Positions 24,305-36,379 of a stretch of 64,000 nucleotides of DNA are shown piece by piece. The stretch covers positions 5,914,231 to 5,978,230 of the forward strand of contig NC_134033.1 in the NCBI RefSeq assembly GCF_964204645.1. The letters run 5' to 3'. The stretch's first letter is position 1. The number at the start of each line of letters is the position of its first letter. This DNA comes from Tubulanus polymorphus (lineage: Eukaryota; Animalia; Nemertea). The notes under the pieces were generated by a model. That model worked only from the letters and a program-made list of their open reading frames with translations, was not told the origin of the DNA and did not search any database. Position numbers and translations under genes: made by a program.

Positions 24305-24646
24305 TTATTCGAAATCTATTTCATGGTGCCCTTTTTCATTCTTACCTTTGTATACGAAATAGAAATCTCCAGAACATAATTCTTCTAGATCTTCACTTGA
24401 TAATCTATGAAATCTATCTGGTAAATAAGTTCTGAATTTATATTTATTTCCTTTTAATCCTTCATATTCTAAATGAATTACTAATTTATCTCCATATTTG
24501 TTAGTAACTGTAACAATATTTGTAATTAAATATTTCTTGTGAATTGTTAATTCTGTTAACTTTTTGAATTTATAATCTACAGATTTTATATTTGTGGTAT
24601 CTTTAATTCTATCTAAGAATTCACTGTGTACTTGTTTACTCTCCAT
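24305..24646 (-). CDS. Small beta-rich protein, possible OB-fold ssDNA-binding protein
   Basis: KLTEL...KYLIT....TNKYGDKLVIHL...YLPDRF; adjacent to pPolB. The fold is a guess. Confidence 0.5.
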   Translation of the reverse strand: MESKQVHSEFLDRIKDTTNIKSVDYKFKKLTELTIHKKYLITNIVTVTNKYGDKLVIHLEYEGLKGNKYKFRTYLPDRFHRLSSEDLEELCSGDFYFVYKGKNEKGHHEIDFE

Positions 24647-24674
24647 TTATTATACAAATTTTTATTGAAATTTA

Positions 24675-27600
24675 TTAACAGTTTAGAATCCTTTTCATAA
24701 TCTCATTTTCTTTTGTTTCTTCTCTTTTGAATTTTATATATTCATCTAAATTGCAACCATAGGCGACTGTGTGGATTCCATCATCTAAAATATATCTTTT
24801 ATCATCAAATGGGTTTAGACTTATCTTCTCTATCTCTTCAATATACATTTCATGATCTTCAGATCTTAAACATTTCATTTTATGTTTTCTAACTTCTTCA
24901 TTAAATATACAATTGATGTAATCTTTGAAATGAATATTCTTTTCAACAACGCTTTTGGTAATTCCTTTTAACTTTTTAGCTTCATGTTCTTTAGTTTTAT
25001 ATGAATACATTTTAGATCTAATACCAATGAACTCTATCATTTCTTCACCACCTAATTCATCTTTGAATTTACCGGGAACTTTTTTATTATCATTGCTAAA
25101 CAATTCATGATTTTTTGGATAGTTACTGAAATCAAAATGATGATTTAATATTTTTAAATCATCTTTTATATTATCACTTTTTATCTTTAATATGTAAGAA
25201 TCTGTATCTAAATATAATATTTCTATATTTTTTTCTCCAAAATGGGGTTGTAATATGTTATAGTAAAATTGATACATTAATAATTTTGAAATTTCTAGAA
25301 CCGATGCACCAACATAAATTGGTTTATTAAATTTCATACTTGTTCTTCTCATTTTAACTGCTGCTAAATTTTCATCAAATATTCTGTTACCTATGAATTT
25401 CGGATACGATTGTAAATGTCTAATTCTTTTACCATTACTAACTAACTCAATATCACTTCTATTTCTTATGTTTTCACATGTTTTTCCATAGAACGCATTA
25501 TTCATTAGTTTAAAGTAATCCTTCTCAAAATCAGTTTTAGCTTCAGTTCTCTGTTTGGTGTTAAAATCTATATATTTTTCTAACCATTTAGATTGATTGA
25601 ATGAAATATATCTATGTACTTTTTTTAATATCATTCCTTGATTCAAATAAAACTTCAACATTCTATAATGTACTACATAATTATATTAATCTTCTTGAGT
25701 TACCATTAACTTTTCAGTATGAATATGATTATCGGGTTTAATTCTTTTTTGATAATTTGATAATTCTTCATGTTTAACAGTTTTATGTTCGGGACAATAT
25801 GCTAGATTTCTAGATTTAAATTTAATATTTTCAGGGTATTCTAAATCTACAACAAAGAAGTAACCAATATCTGAATCATCTGCAATATCTAGGATTCTTT
25901 TCTTCCAATCAAATTTATCAATTTGTAAAACTTCAGTTATTTCAAACATCCCATAAGGTTGTGGTTCCATCATTGCCCAACCATAAAGATTATTTGCATC
26001 TATGTATAATAATTTATATCCAGGATTATCATTTACATTGAAATATCTATCACCCAATACACCTGAAACACCTCCTCTTATAGATTTTTCAAATAATAGT
26101 AATTGATCTATATTTGTTAACAAATCCATTTTTATATCTGTAAATTTTAATCCACAATCCCATGTTAATCCTGGTGATGAATAACAATGACAAGGATCAA
26201 TGTTAAAATATTTTAGGTTTACATCTCTAAACCTTTCGAATATATCGGTTAATAATAATACATCTGATTTTAAATATAAATCTACTAATTGTCCATGATT
26301 TTTAATTTCAAAATGATTCCAAATATTCAATGTTCTATTATAGACTTCATCTTTAACATATTCATTTTTTAATTCATCATAGAATTGTTCTTTCAATAAT
26401 TCAGTTATTTTAAAATCATTATGATTTTTATAGAAAGAATATGGAATCGCTCCTTTATATCTCATTAATTTAAAATCATCATAATTTGGGTAATATTCTT
26501 TTAATATCTTTAATTCATCATCAACTAATGATTTAGATAAATTATCTAATGAACTATTTAAAAATCTATATGAATCTATAAATCTTAGACACCCAAATTG
26601 GAATGATATATAATTCTCAGATGTTTTAGCTAACATTCTAAATTTATAAGTTGGTATTTTATCTTTTGATCTATTTGAATTTAAAATTTTTTTATTTCAT
26701 TATTAATTTCTTCTATTTTATGACATAGTTGCTTAATGAATAAATGCGCGTCATACCCCGATAGATTATGAAATATAACTGGTACAAAATTAATTTTCTT
26801 AGCTTGTAAATTACAATTCTCATATGCTACACCTCTAAATTTACCATTCAAATGATCATGGTCTCTTACTTTTTTATCTTTATAATTAAATATCTTTTCA
26901 CAATAATAACATTTATCTGTAAACTCAAATACTTCTTTATCTTCTGTCATAATTATTTCTTTATTTGTATTCAATAATTTACTAAATCTTATTTCATATT
27001 CAATTAATAAGTCACAAAAATGATTGATAACATTTTCATTTCTATAATGATAATATTCACTTTCAATTAGTTCTGGATAATCAGATTTAATATATAACCC
27101 GAAAGCAGCAGCTGATTGATGAATCTTTTTAATAGTATTTGTTATTGGTGGTTCTTCTGAATAATCACTTTCATTAGAATTTAATTTCTTTCTTTTATAA
27201 TATATATCTTTTCTATCTTTATCTGTTAATTCTTTATTTAATGATTCAAAAAAATCTCCATATATTACAAATGGTACTTTATTTTTGTAATCATATTTTT
27301 TGAATTCTAATATTTTATCCTTTTCATTTGGTAAAACTAATTTACAGTAATCATGATTATCACATAGTTGTTTATGATTTAATAATATACTTTCATTACT
27401 AAATTTATGTAAACATTTTCTACATAGATATATTTTATTATGGTGATCACTTTCTGTTCTAAAAAATAAATCTATTTGTTTAATCCACATATAATGATTC
27501 TCATAATATAGTATATCTATAACATCATTTGAATCATAATCTTTTGATAGGTATAAAGGTTCTAATGTATAATGTTTAATATTATTTCCTTTTGTATTTG

Positions 27601-28708
27601 GTAATTTAATTAAATCAAATACATATATCTTTAAATTATTATCTCTTTCTATTTTGGGGATGTTTTTAATTCTAACAGGATACTTATCTATCTTATAATT
27701 ATTTTCAAATGGTTTATAATGAGTTAATCTAAAACTATGTGTAATATCTTCTGTTGGATGTAAACAACTTATTATAGCCCATAGAAAACATTTATCATCT
27801 TCATTTTGTATATTTATTACAGCATTAGTTTTAAATGGTAGTTTAATATAACTTGATGCTTCAATATATGGTTCTTTATAATATGATAAATTATTTTCAT
27901 CAATTGGTTTTGATTTAGTTAACTTATTATATTTTGTGTTATAAACATGTAAAGTTATAAATATTATCTCATCAAATATTAAACCAGATCCTTCAAAATA
28001 TTTCTCTTCTATTTTAGTTTTTATTTCATTATAACATTTATTTAATTTATCATCTATATGTTGTTTAGATATAATATGTTGTGAATGAGAATTTTTATTA
28101 TATATTGGTTTATCTTCAGATTTTATAAACTTTACTTTAACTGATATACTAATTTTAGGATATTCAACATCCGTAATTATTTTTATTATTTCTTTCATAT
28201 TTTCTAAATGTTTTTTATTTTCTTCTATTGTTTTTCCTTTATGAAATTTAAACTCGATAGCTTCTGGACCAATATCACTTTTAAATGCTTCGGTTATCTC
28301 TATATCTTTTTTATTATCTAATGAATTAATATAATTTCTTACATCTTCCATGTATGGTCTTTTATTGTTTAATTTATTTTTTATTCTTTTAATTGTCTTC
28401 TGTTTCTTATCGTTATCATTATCAAAATAATCTTCACCTAAATTATCATTATTCTTATTTCTAATATGACTTATAGATTTTAAATGTTCTTTATAATATC
28501 TTTTATCACTGAATGATTGATTACATGTATCACATTTATATGTTTCTTTTTCATTCTTTAATTCTTCTAATTTAGTTTCTAATATATCATCCTTATATTC
28601 TAGTTTCAATTTATTCTCTAAATGTGTTATAGTTTTATTGTGTCTTGCTTTTTGAGACTTGTCTATATCGATATTACATGTTGGGCAGTAGTATTTATTT
28701 GCTTCCAT
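24675..28708 (-). pseudogene. polB: Protein-primed family B DNA polymerase with N-terminal zinc fingers, OTU-like Cys/His motifs and an EndoVII/HNH-like insert; one frameshift (~26690) and one in-frame TAA (25686-25688)
   Basis: FHNLSGYD (ExoII), YLKSDV (ExoIII), YIDANNLYGWAM, KLMNNAFYGK, YLDTDS, VRDHDHLNGKFRG, NEDDKCFLWAI...ENHYMWI. Adding one A at ~26690 and reading through the TAA gives one continuous frame. Confidence 0.95.
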
Positions 28709-28975
28709 TTTAATACTATATTTTTTATTAAAATTGATTTTAGAAGTTCAATGATTTAAATGTTATTCATTTATGTGAATATTTTAAGAGTAATAGGGAT
28801 AATAGGCTTTCGTATCAAAGGTTGAAGGGGCGAGTGAGTAAAAAATGAAAATAATAATAATTTATAGTTGAATTAGGAGTGTGCGCGACTAATTCAACTG
28901 TAAATTATTATTATTTTCATTTTTACGAGCTCGACCCTTCGACCTTTGGTATGAAAGCCTATTATCCCTATTACT
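28620..28975 (-). repeat. Right TIR; contains the pPolB start and the terminal palindrome 28789-28975
   Basis: Reverse complement of 10580-10937. Confidence 0.95.
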
Positions 28976-30283
28976 AATATAAGGAAGAATCTCTCCAGTT
29001 GCAGACTTCACTTCTATTAGATCCGAAACAGGAGTTATATCCCGAGTACGTCCAAAAATCCATAACTGACAGTAGACACCATTGAACCAGTATCTAGCAA
29101 CATCTTACAGGAAATCCCATCAACTGTGACTGACGCTTCATTGGGACGACCAACCAATCTATCAACGACAACATCATCATCCCTTGTCCTATGGTTGCCA
29201 TGATTTCTCACCTTAGTTAATTTTACATGTCTGTTAACTTTCCTACTGTTATTACGTATATATTTATTCCTTCGGCCTATTTCCTGACTGCACCCTGTGG
29301 GCGGCCGTTGTCCCGAGGGTGGATGGCATTTAAATCTGACGAATTTTCAGTGGTTCCATGCGTTCTGTAGGGCTGTTGACACTTTCGCCAACCATGGCCT
29401 TCTCTACTACAGTTTTAACAAATCCACTGCGTAGTTCTGTTCTCGTTGGGTGACGATCTGTTCATGATCTTAGGATCCCAACGCTTCGACTTTGCACCAG
29501 TTTTAAGCCGCTCTAGCCGTGACTGAATACTTGTCATCCTGGTGTCAGTAGCTTTAAATCGATCCTCGATTCGGTCCAGTTTCTTATCGATTGAAGGCAA
29601 AGTTGGTCCAGAAGAAGTTGAGGGTCCCGAGTTGACGGACACCTCCACGGCCGATGCTTAAGCTTTGGTAGAGATAGCCGTCACTGAGCGGGATAACTCC
29701 TGCTCAACTTTCCTGGCTTCGGTTACTAAACTTCTGAAATTCACATCGTATGTGTTTACAAACGCCCTCTAATCGTCATCTTCAGTTGCATATTCTGCAG
29801 TCCAGCCCAGAACTGGGGCTTCAACATCGCTTCGGAAATGTCCTTGAATGCCTTGGATCACAATTCCTCTAACCGACAACTCCATTGTGCGACGGATTCC
29901 AATGGTTCTTGAGCACTGCAATAAAACTTCGAAAACACCTGCGATGGTGTAAGTACGTCGCCATAAATCGTTTCAAATTTTTGAAGTATATCCTTTAGAG
30001 TAGCCTCCTCTCCTAAGTTCAGAACCACTTCCGCAGCTGTACCTCGAAGAGACCTCCAGACGGCTTGAATAACCGTAGGGGTCTTGATAGATGCATCTTC
30101 CATTAAGGCTTTCAGCTCGAACCTCCATTGCTTAAAAGATACTTCACCTTTATCACCCTCTATACCAGAAAAAGTACCCAAGCGAGGTGTATGGAGCACG
30201 ACGCAGTTTCTAGAACCTACATGGCTGACCTTAGGTTTTGTATCCTTATTACCCTCATCCATTTCGGAGCAAGAATGGAACAC
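28976..30283 (-). pseudogene. gag: Gypsy gag (PNMA-like, CCHC knuckle) and N-terminal half of the aspartic protease
   Basis: FSG...SFKQWRFE..RSLRGTA; C*NCSREGHGWRKC; LLDTGSMVS. Confidence 0.85.
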
Positions 30284-31433
30284 AGTTTAATTTTGGAAAT
30301 ATCTTTGGACCAAAGATAAAATTCTATCTACCTAGCTTCAGGTGAACACACTTAATACTCTCCTGATAAAGTTAGCCTACTTAATAAGTCAAAATTTGCA
30401 ATCTCAATACGGCTTACTGTTGTTTATACCTAACTAACCTATACAGGACTTTACCTAGCCAGGGTTGACGAGGTTAACCAATATTTGCCACAGAAAATTA
30501 ATACAAATTGGATCACCAAACTCTGACAGAATATGAACAAGTTAAGACATGCACATGCAACAAATAACCAAAGCTACTTCCAAATAAATATCACAGGTAT
30601 TTTTTCCGATAGAAATATATTAAGATATCACACCACTTGGTATGATTGGAAACAAAATAGCTAAATGAAATTAGTTTTCTACATAACCACCAGGTGTCAG
30701 GAGCAGTAAATACACGTTTCAACCAATTCAGTTATCGTAGAACACCCCAGGTAGCACTTTAGGCATAACCTTCAGAATTTGTTAACCCAATTAGTTGTCA
30801 CTCATGACACCAGATGACTCTGCCACACCACAATAATATTATAGAAGCACAGAATAATACGAGCACAAGCACAGAATAAGATTGTCAAATAAATAAACAG
30901 AAATGAAAATATCAGTCTCTCTCCGGGAAATATTCACACTTCACGAACTAAACTAAAGTCACAAGCTCTCACTGTGAGATCAGCTTACCCTTACACACAA
31001 CCGTAAAGCTAGCTAGCTATAATATCATGCATGCATGCACATGTATAATTTTTACCGTAATCCTTCAACCTTGAGTTGTAACCAGACGACGAACTTACGT
31101 CCAAATAACTCACATTCCAGACGAATTTCGGTCAACCATCAGTTGTCAATTTTCTCAATTTCGACGATAACAATAAACGGCAAATAATCAAGAATCTAGA
31201 CGCAACAATTTCAACGAATACGAAGTTCATACACAGCGTATACACTCTCTTTACTTCACATATTTCCTCAGACGTGATACAAACCGCGAGCAGAATCTAG
31301 ATCAACCTTGAATTCATAGTTGGCTGCGCCGAATTAATAACACGACTTCATTCAAACGCTTCGAAAATCACCACTGAATAACTGTGCGATATTTCATTTC
31401 GATTCAACCACTGATCCAACATCGGGTGAATGA

Positions 31434-31451
31434 GTCCTGTCGCGGACGCCA
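31434..31451 (-). promoter_or_regulatory. Primer-binding site (tRNA-Arg-like)
   Basis: TGGCGTCCGCGACAGGAC on the minus strand, 3 nt from the LTR edge; complementary to a tRNA CCA end. Confidence 0.7.
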
Positions 31452-31454
31452 AAA

Positions 31455-32135
31455 TGTGACAGGCTGGTTGCCCGTGTACTCTTATGAGAGCACTTGCGGC
31501 TCTTGTCGTAGGTTCGGACTCCCGATTAACTCGAAGGAAAAAAGATGGTCGAAGGCATCCAAGGCCGCGGGATAACACGCCCCTAAGAAGAAGGAATAAA
31601 CAAATTATCAATAGTCTCTCTAAAGATATAATTTATTTCTTCACAACAATGGGGACCTCGAGGGACCGCCACAAAATGGCGCCTAGAAACTGGAAACTTT
31701 TTTATTGATCTCTCAAACATGGCGGTCACTGATCATCTCCCATATAAACATTAAAACCATTTTATTTTTATAAGTTATCACACTGACTTACAATACATAG
31801 CACCAATTCAATTATGACTTAACATTTACACAGACAAGAGAAAGCCATATTGAATTTGCCAATACAAGAATCGGATTATTCAACTTTTAAAGTCCCGAAA
31901 AAATTACCAAAGTGATAAATTTTCTAAATAATAATGTGGACAAATGCAGGATAGAATTCACGAATAAGAGTAAATAATTCTCACCTGAAGAACAAGGAAT
32001 AAACAAATTATCAATAGTCTCTCTAAACATATAATTTATTTCTTCACAATTGATCTCTCAAACATGGCGGTCACTGATTATCTGACAATCAGGTTTGAGC
32101 GATGAAAACGCCACCTATAAGGAAAGCTAAATACC
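31455..32135 (-). repeat. 5' LTR of the Gypsy element (outer boundary uncertain)
   Basis: Aligns with 7284-7902 and abuts the PBS. Confidence 0.75.
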
Positions 32136-34365
32136 TGCATAAAGAAACAATAAAACATACCCAGGCATGAAATGTCGGCTATCAACATACGATTTGAAAG
32201 GTATAAAGACAAATATACGAAAATGAGCTTAATTTTACGATTAATTTATGAAATTAGTATGAGACATTTTTTTCTTAATTTTACGATTTCAAATGATACC
32301 TACGGTAATTTTACCATTGCTTGTAGAAATATGAATAAATTTCCCATGGGCAAAGTGTGGTTTACCTTGAAAGCTAGAGGTTGTTTGGAGCAAGGGCATT
32401 GTTTATGAAAAATCTTTTTAATTCTTGACTTCAAAGTTCTATAAGTTTACCTTGTATTTTATATCTCTGAAAGAATTATTTTGTGGTCAAATGAGGCAAA
32501 TATATACATTTGTTTATGGTCCACGTCCGAAAATTCTTAGGGTACAGGTAGGCAGGGAAACTATTTCACATTTAGAAAAAATATCTTCCACAATTTAAAA
32601 AAAAATATTCAAATAAAATTCATATGATGTCATCAATCAGAGGGTGGCTGAATATTGAAACTTTTTGAAACCTCTTCCAATGTAGGGCCGCAGAAGCTAA
32701 AATACCGATACCGTAAAAAATCGGGGTACGTAAAACGATCGTCTTAATCCCGGATTTTACTACTAAAATATTCAGACCTCGACCGATACCTAAAGTTTGC
32801 TGCTTAGTATTTTCAGGTCACAAGAAACTCTACAATTTATTACAAATTCTATCATACAGAAAACAGAGCGCGCATCTTCTGCTATAGAAATTTAAATTTT
32901 CATGTCAAACTTGCGGTTGTAGGTAAAATCCCCTGGGTAAAAATCCCCCGGGAAGAAAGCTAGGTAAATATCCCTGGGTAAAAATCCCCTATTTAAAAAT
33001 CCCCAAATATTCAAGTAGGTAAAAATCCACACTTTTTCAAGAATATTTCAAAGCAAAATGTTTCTCCAATTTTATTCATTTGCAATGAGACTGAAATATG
33101 TTTGATCTGCGCATTTATATCTTTCACTATCTTTCATCGTCGTTCCGGGGATCAGCTGCGAGTTTTTTCCTCATCATGAGAATCAAATCGAGTACAACTT
33201 ATTTGATTACTACCAGTGATTTGGCTGCGGGCTTCAATTAGTTAAAATTAACCGTGTATTTACTAAGATAGATCGTTAGTTTACCGGGGAGTCGTAGACC
33301 TAAACTAAACACGCCGAAGATATATAGCGGAGAAAAGCTGTTGTGTCGACGAGGTATCAAAATAAAAAAGAATGTATTACTTTATTCGGCCGCGGGCTTC
33401 AACCTCTATATCAATACCATCAATACTTACATACCGATCATTGTCAAATGCACAAGGTATTTACTAAATACAAGTATATAACACACTCCTATCCGTATGG
33501 TTGACTCACACTTGACATTCGGAGTAAGCGTTCGCTGTGGGGAAAAGGAGATCGTTCGCTGCGTCGCTTGAAAATTCTTTCGTCGGAACAAAATTTATTT
33601 CTTTCGAACCAATAATATTCTGTTCGATTGAACCAATTTGAAAAAATCGTTAGAATAAAGTTGAAAAAAGTTTTTTTGTCCAAACGAAAGGTTTTTGATT
33701 CAAACAATCATTCGATCGAACAGAATCGTTTTAATTTGAACAGAATTTTCTTGTCAGAACATTAAGTTTTTCGTTCGAACAAGTATATTGTAAAAGTTTT
33801 TTCTCCGAACCAACAGTATTAAGTATTTCGCTCAATTGAACAGAATTGTTTTCATTCAAACATTCGTTCGAAAAAAATTGTTTTCGCTCAACCAAATTTT
33901 CATTTTCAAGTTTTTCATTTCAACAATAACATAGCTTTTTATTCGAAACACATTTTTTTGTCAGAATGAAAAAAAGTTTTGGTTCAAACAAAAAGCGTAT
34001 TGTTCGATCAAACAGAATTGTTTTCATTCGAACAAGATTTTCTTGTCGGAACATTAAGTTTTTTGGTCGTTTTGGAAATTTACTCGGTCTCGTATATTTT
34101 GGATTACTGTGTATGTCATTTGTCAGGACATTAAGCAGAAATACCACTTGGGATATGACCTTGCGTGATAAAAGCATAGAGACAGGCAAACTTGTGTTCA
34201 ACAGGAATGGACGTTTATCAACTCGCGGTTGATTAGAGCGATACCGAGTATCGGGGATAGATGTAGTACATGAATGAATAGGCATCAAAACCCCTTATGG
34301 AAATTAACTGACGCATCCGGTTCACCGGCTCAACCGGTATTTGGTTTTTGTTTTTTACAATTCAG

Positions 34366-34505
34366 CTCATCGACTGCCAATTTGCGTCGCAGATTTTTTG
34401 TCAATTCGAATTACGGCGGATGCCCTTACGATCAGTTATGGATGGCAGTGCAAGATCCAAAGCCTTTGTTGGGAGACTGTATTTACGATAGAAGAACAGA
34501 TACAC
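34366..34505 (+). pseudogene. Orphan exon-4 copy of the PAN-domain gene family
   Basis: LRRRFFVNSNYGGCPYDQLWMAVQDPKP is homologous to 63573-63748 and then breaks into an ATT/ATC microsatellite. Confidence 0.75.
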
Positions 34506-35229
34506 ATATTACAATTATTATTATCATCATCATCATTTCCCTCTCTTTCTATGCAGATAAACCGCAAAAGTTGCTTAAAGCTCCTAAACATCTCAACGGA
34601 TTCTACCATATTTTAAAGGAGTTTTCTTAACCCCAGTACGCACAAAGTAACTCGTTCCCCAAAGGAGAGTAAATTAATTTGTTCGTTTGTAAATGCTTGA
34701 TGATAATTTGTATTATCATTGATTTCTGCATAATAATGTAGGCTTTTTATTTGTTTACGGATGACAATAGTGGTTATGTCGTAATTCGAAGTCTCCTCTA
34801 CATACCAAATTACATCGAAAAAACAGATATTATTTCGGACGAGAAAATATTTCTAACTGTTTTAATGTCCAACACGGCTAGTCATCATTGCGTTCGAACC
34901 GTGTTTCGACTCCAACAAATTCGAAACCGCCGTTTTGGAATTTGAAAAGTTAACTTGAAATTAATTGAATTTTAACTTGAATTGGTGTGTATTGGAAACA
35001 CGCCAATTCAAGTTGACATGTATTGAATAGTCATTGTTCGACTTTCATCACATCGAAAATAATTTGATATGTATGGTCGTATTATGATATAAATTGCCGT
35101 AGTTGTACCAGTCATACCCCGACAAAAAATAATTTTTTTTCGTTTGCATTTATAATTGTTTATCATTTATAATTATAAAGATCGGTTCTGTAATAGCACT
35201 CGACGTATTATAGTCTTCTATATCTCTCA

Positions 35230-35490
35230 ACACCGTAGACCAAGCGCCAAGACCGGAACACCAGGTCACAAAACGTTCTCTCCAGTTTCATCATGTTTGG
35301 CAGCCCACTGCACCTCGTTCCATGTCAGCCACATCAGTTACAGCTCGTCGGTCATTATTCGCCTCCAGGTGAATTTTGGTTGTCCTCTTGTTCTCGTTCC
35401 TTGAATGGTCCAATGTTGGACTTTGATATGATGTCAGGCTCCATTCGAATGACATGCCCAAGTTTCCTTCGTCTGTGCCGTAAAATTTGA
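35230..35490 (-). mobile_element. RTE-like LINE 3' fragment
   Basis: LGHVIRM...GTRTRGQPKFTWRR-like C-terminal motif on the minus strand. Confidence 0.55.
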
Positions 35491-36379
35491 GTTAATCTGA
35501 TTTCGTTGGTCAAATCCTCTGTGTACTAAATCGGAGGTAATTCCCCGGGAGCGAATTCAAATAAATTAAGAATCGGTAGAAGAACAAACAGTTCCATCAT
35601 TCAGATTATACCATGTTTAAATCATTAAGTCGAACGGTTTCTGTTTAACATACTCCTTCTCAACGCAAGCCACAAATGATGCAAAAATACAGTACGTTAA
35701 GATATAATTTTAGAGAAACAGGTCGATAGTGGTGCTCCAAATAGCAGAAGGTGACATTATGTGATATGGCATCAGCCAAAACAGGCCGTGTTATCGGAAG
35801 ACATTAACAATGAACGAGGATCAATTTCGAAGTTTATGGTTAACTCAGAATTTGGCAAATTAAAGTCATCAAATCAGAAAAAGGTCCGTGTTTTCATTAA
35901 AAAGGACTTTTTTCTTGTGCCTGCTTCGGATCAATCCAGAGGATTGTAAAAGTTCATCGTGCCTTTCAAATTCGTGATCAAGAACATTCGTAATTTGTCT
36001 TCATTTCTTATATCATTGAATCAAATCAATCACAATTTCCACTTCTTTTTTGTTTTTCCGCAGTGTATTTTGCGAGGTTTTGTGTTCACAATATGCAACT
36101 CATAAACTTTTTATTGAAACCTTTACGTACCTTCTTTTTTCCTTGAAAAATGTGTTCCCAGGAACAGACCCGTTCATATCTATCACAAGGCACAATCCTA
36201 CAGGCCTAATCGGCCCACGCCACTCGAAGTTCCAATAGAACAGCCGGCACTTCTCGGCTATATCAACGCGATGCTTCGAGGAGTTAGCAGCGATTGAAAC
36301 GCAATCCATCGTCAAACAATGTATGTTTATATACTTATAACGACTGCGTTGCAGGACCATCGTTAGTGGATCAGACTGG

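Larger units (their letters stand above)
10580..28975. mobile_element. Polinton/Maverick (adintovirus-like endogenous virus), 18,396 bp
   Basis: 5'-AGT...ACT-3' termini, ~357-bp TIRs, 6-bp TSD AATATA (10574-10579 and 28976-28981). Encodes pPolB, integrase, ATPase, major and minor capsid. Sharply more AT-rich than the flanks. Confidence 0.97.
7284..32135 (-). mobile_element. Decayed Ty3/Gypsy LTR retrotransposon, interrupted by the Polinton
   Basis: Direct-repeat LTR pair, tRNA primer-binding site (PBS), and gag-PR-RT-RNaseH order on the minus strand. Multiple stops and frameshifts. Confidence 0.9.

Noticed and set aside
26681-26700. Programmed -1 frameshift in polB at A_AAA_AAA
   Set aside because: Similar A-run indels break several other genes, and polB also has a nonsense codon. 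Decay or sequencing error is simpler.
10580-28975. Bacterial prophage or contamination
   Set aside because: The perfect TSD within a eukaryotic retrotransposon, the rve integrase with chromodomain and the spliceosomal introns indicate a genuine eukaryotic insertion.
32135-32170. Outer end and TSD of the Gypsy 5' LTR
   Set aside because: No CA end with a matching 4-5-bp duplication, and no clear polypurine tract at the other LTR; boundaries left approximate.
33489-34288. ORFs in ttcgaacaa-rich DNA (also 54295-54680)
   Set aside because: Low-complexity repeat-family sequence giving spurious K/F/N-rich ORFs on both strands.
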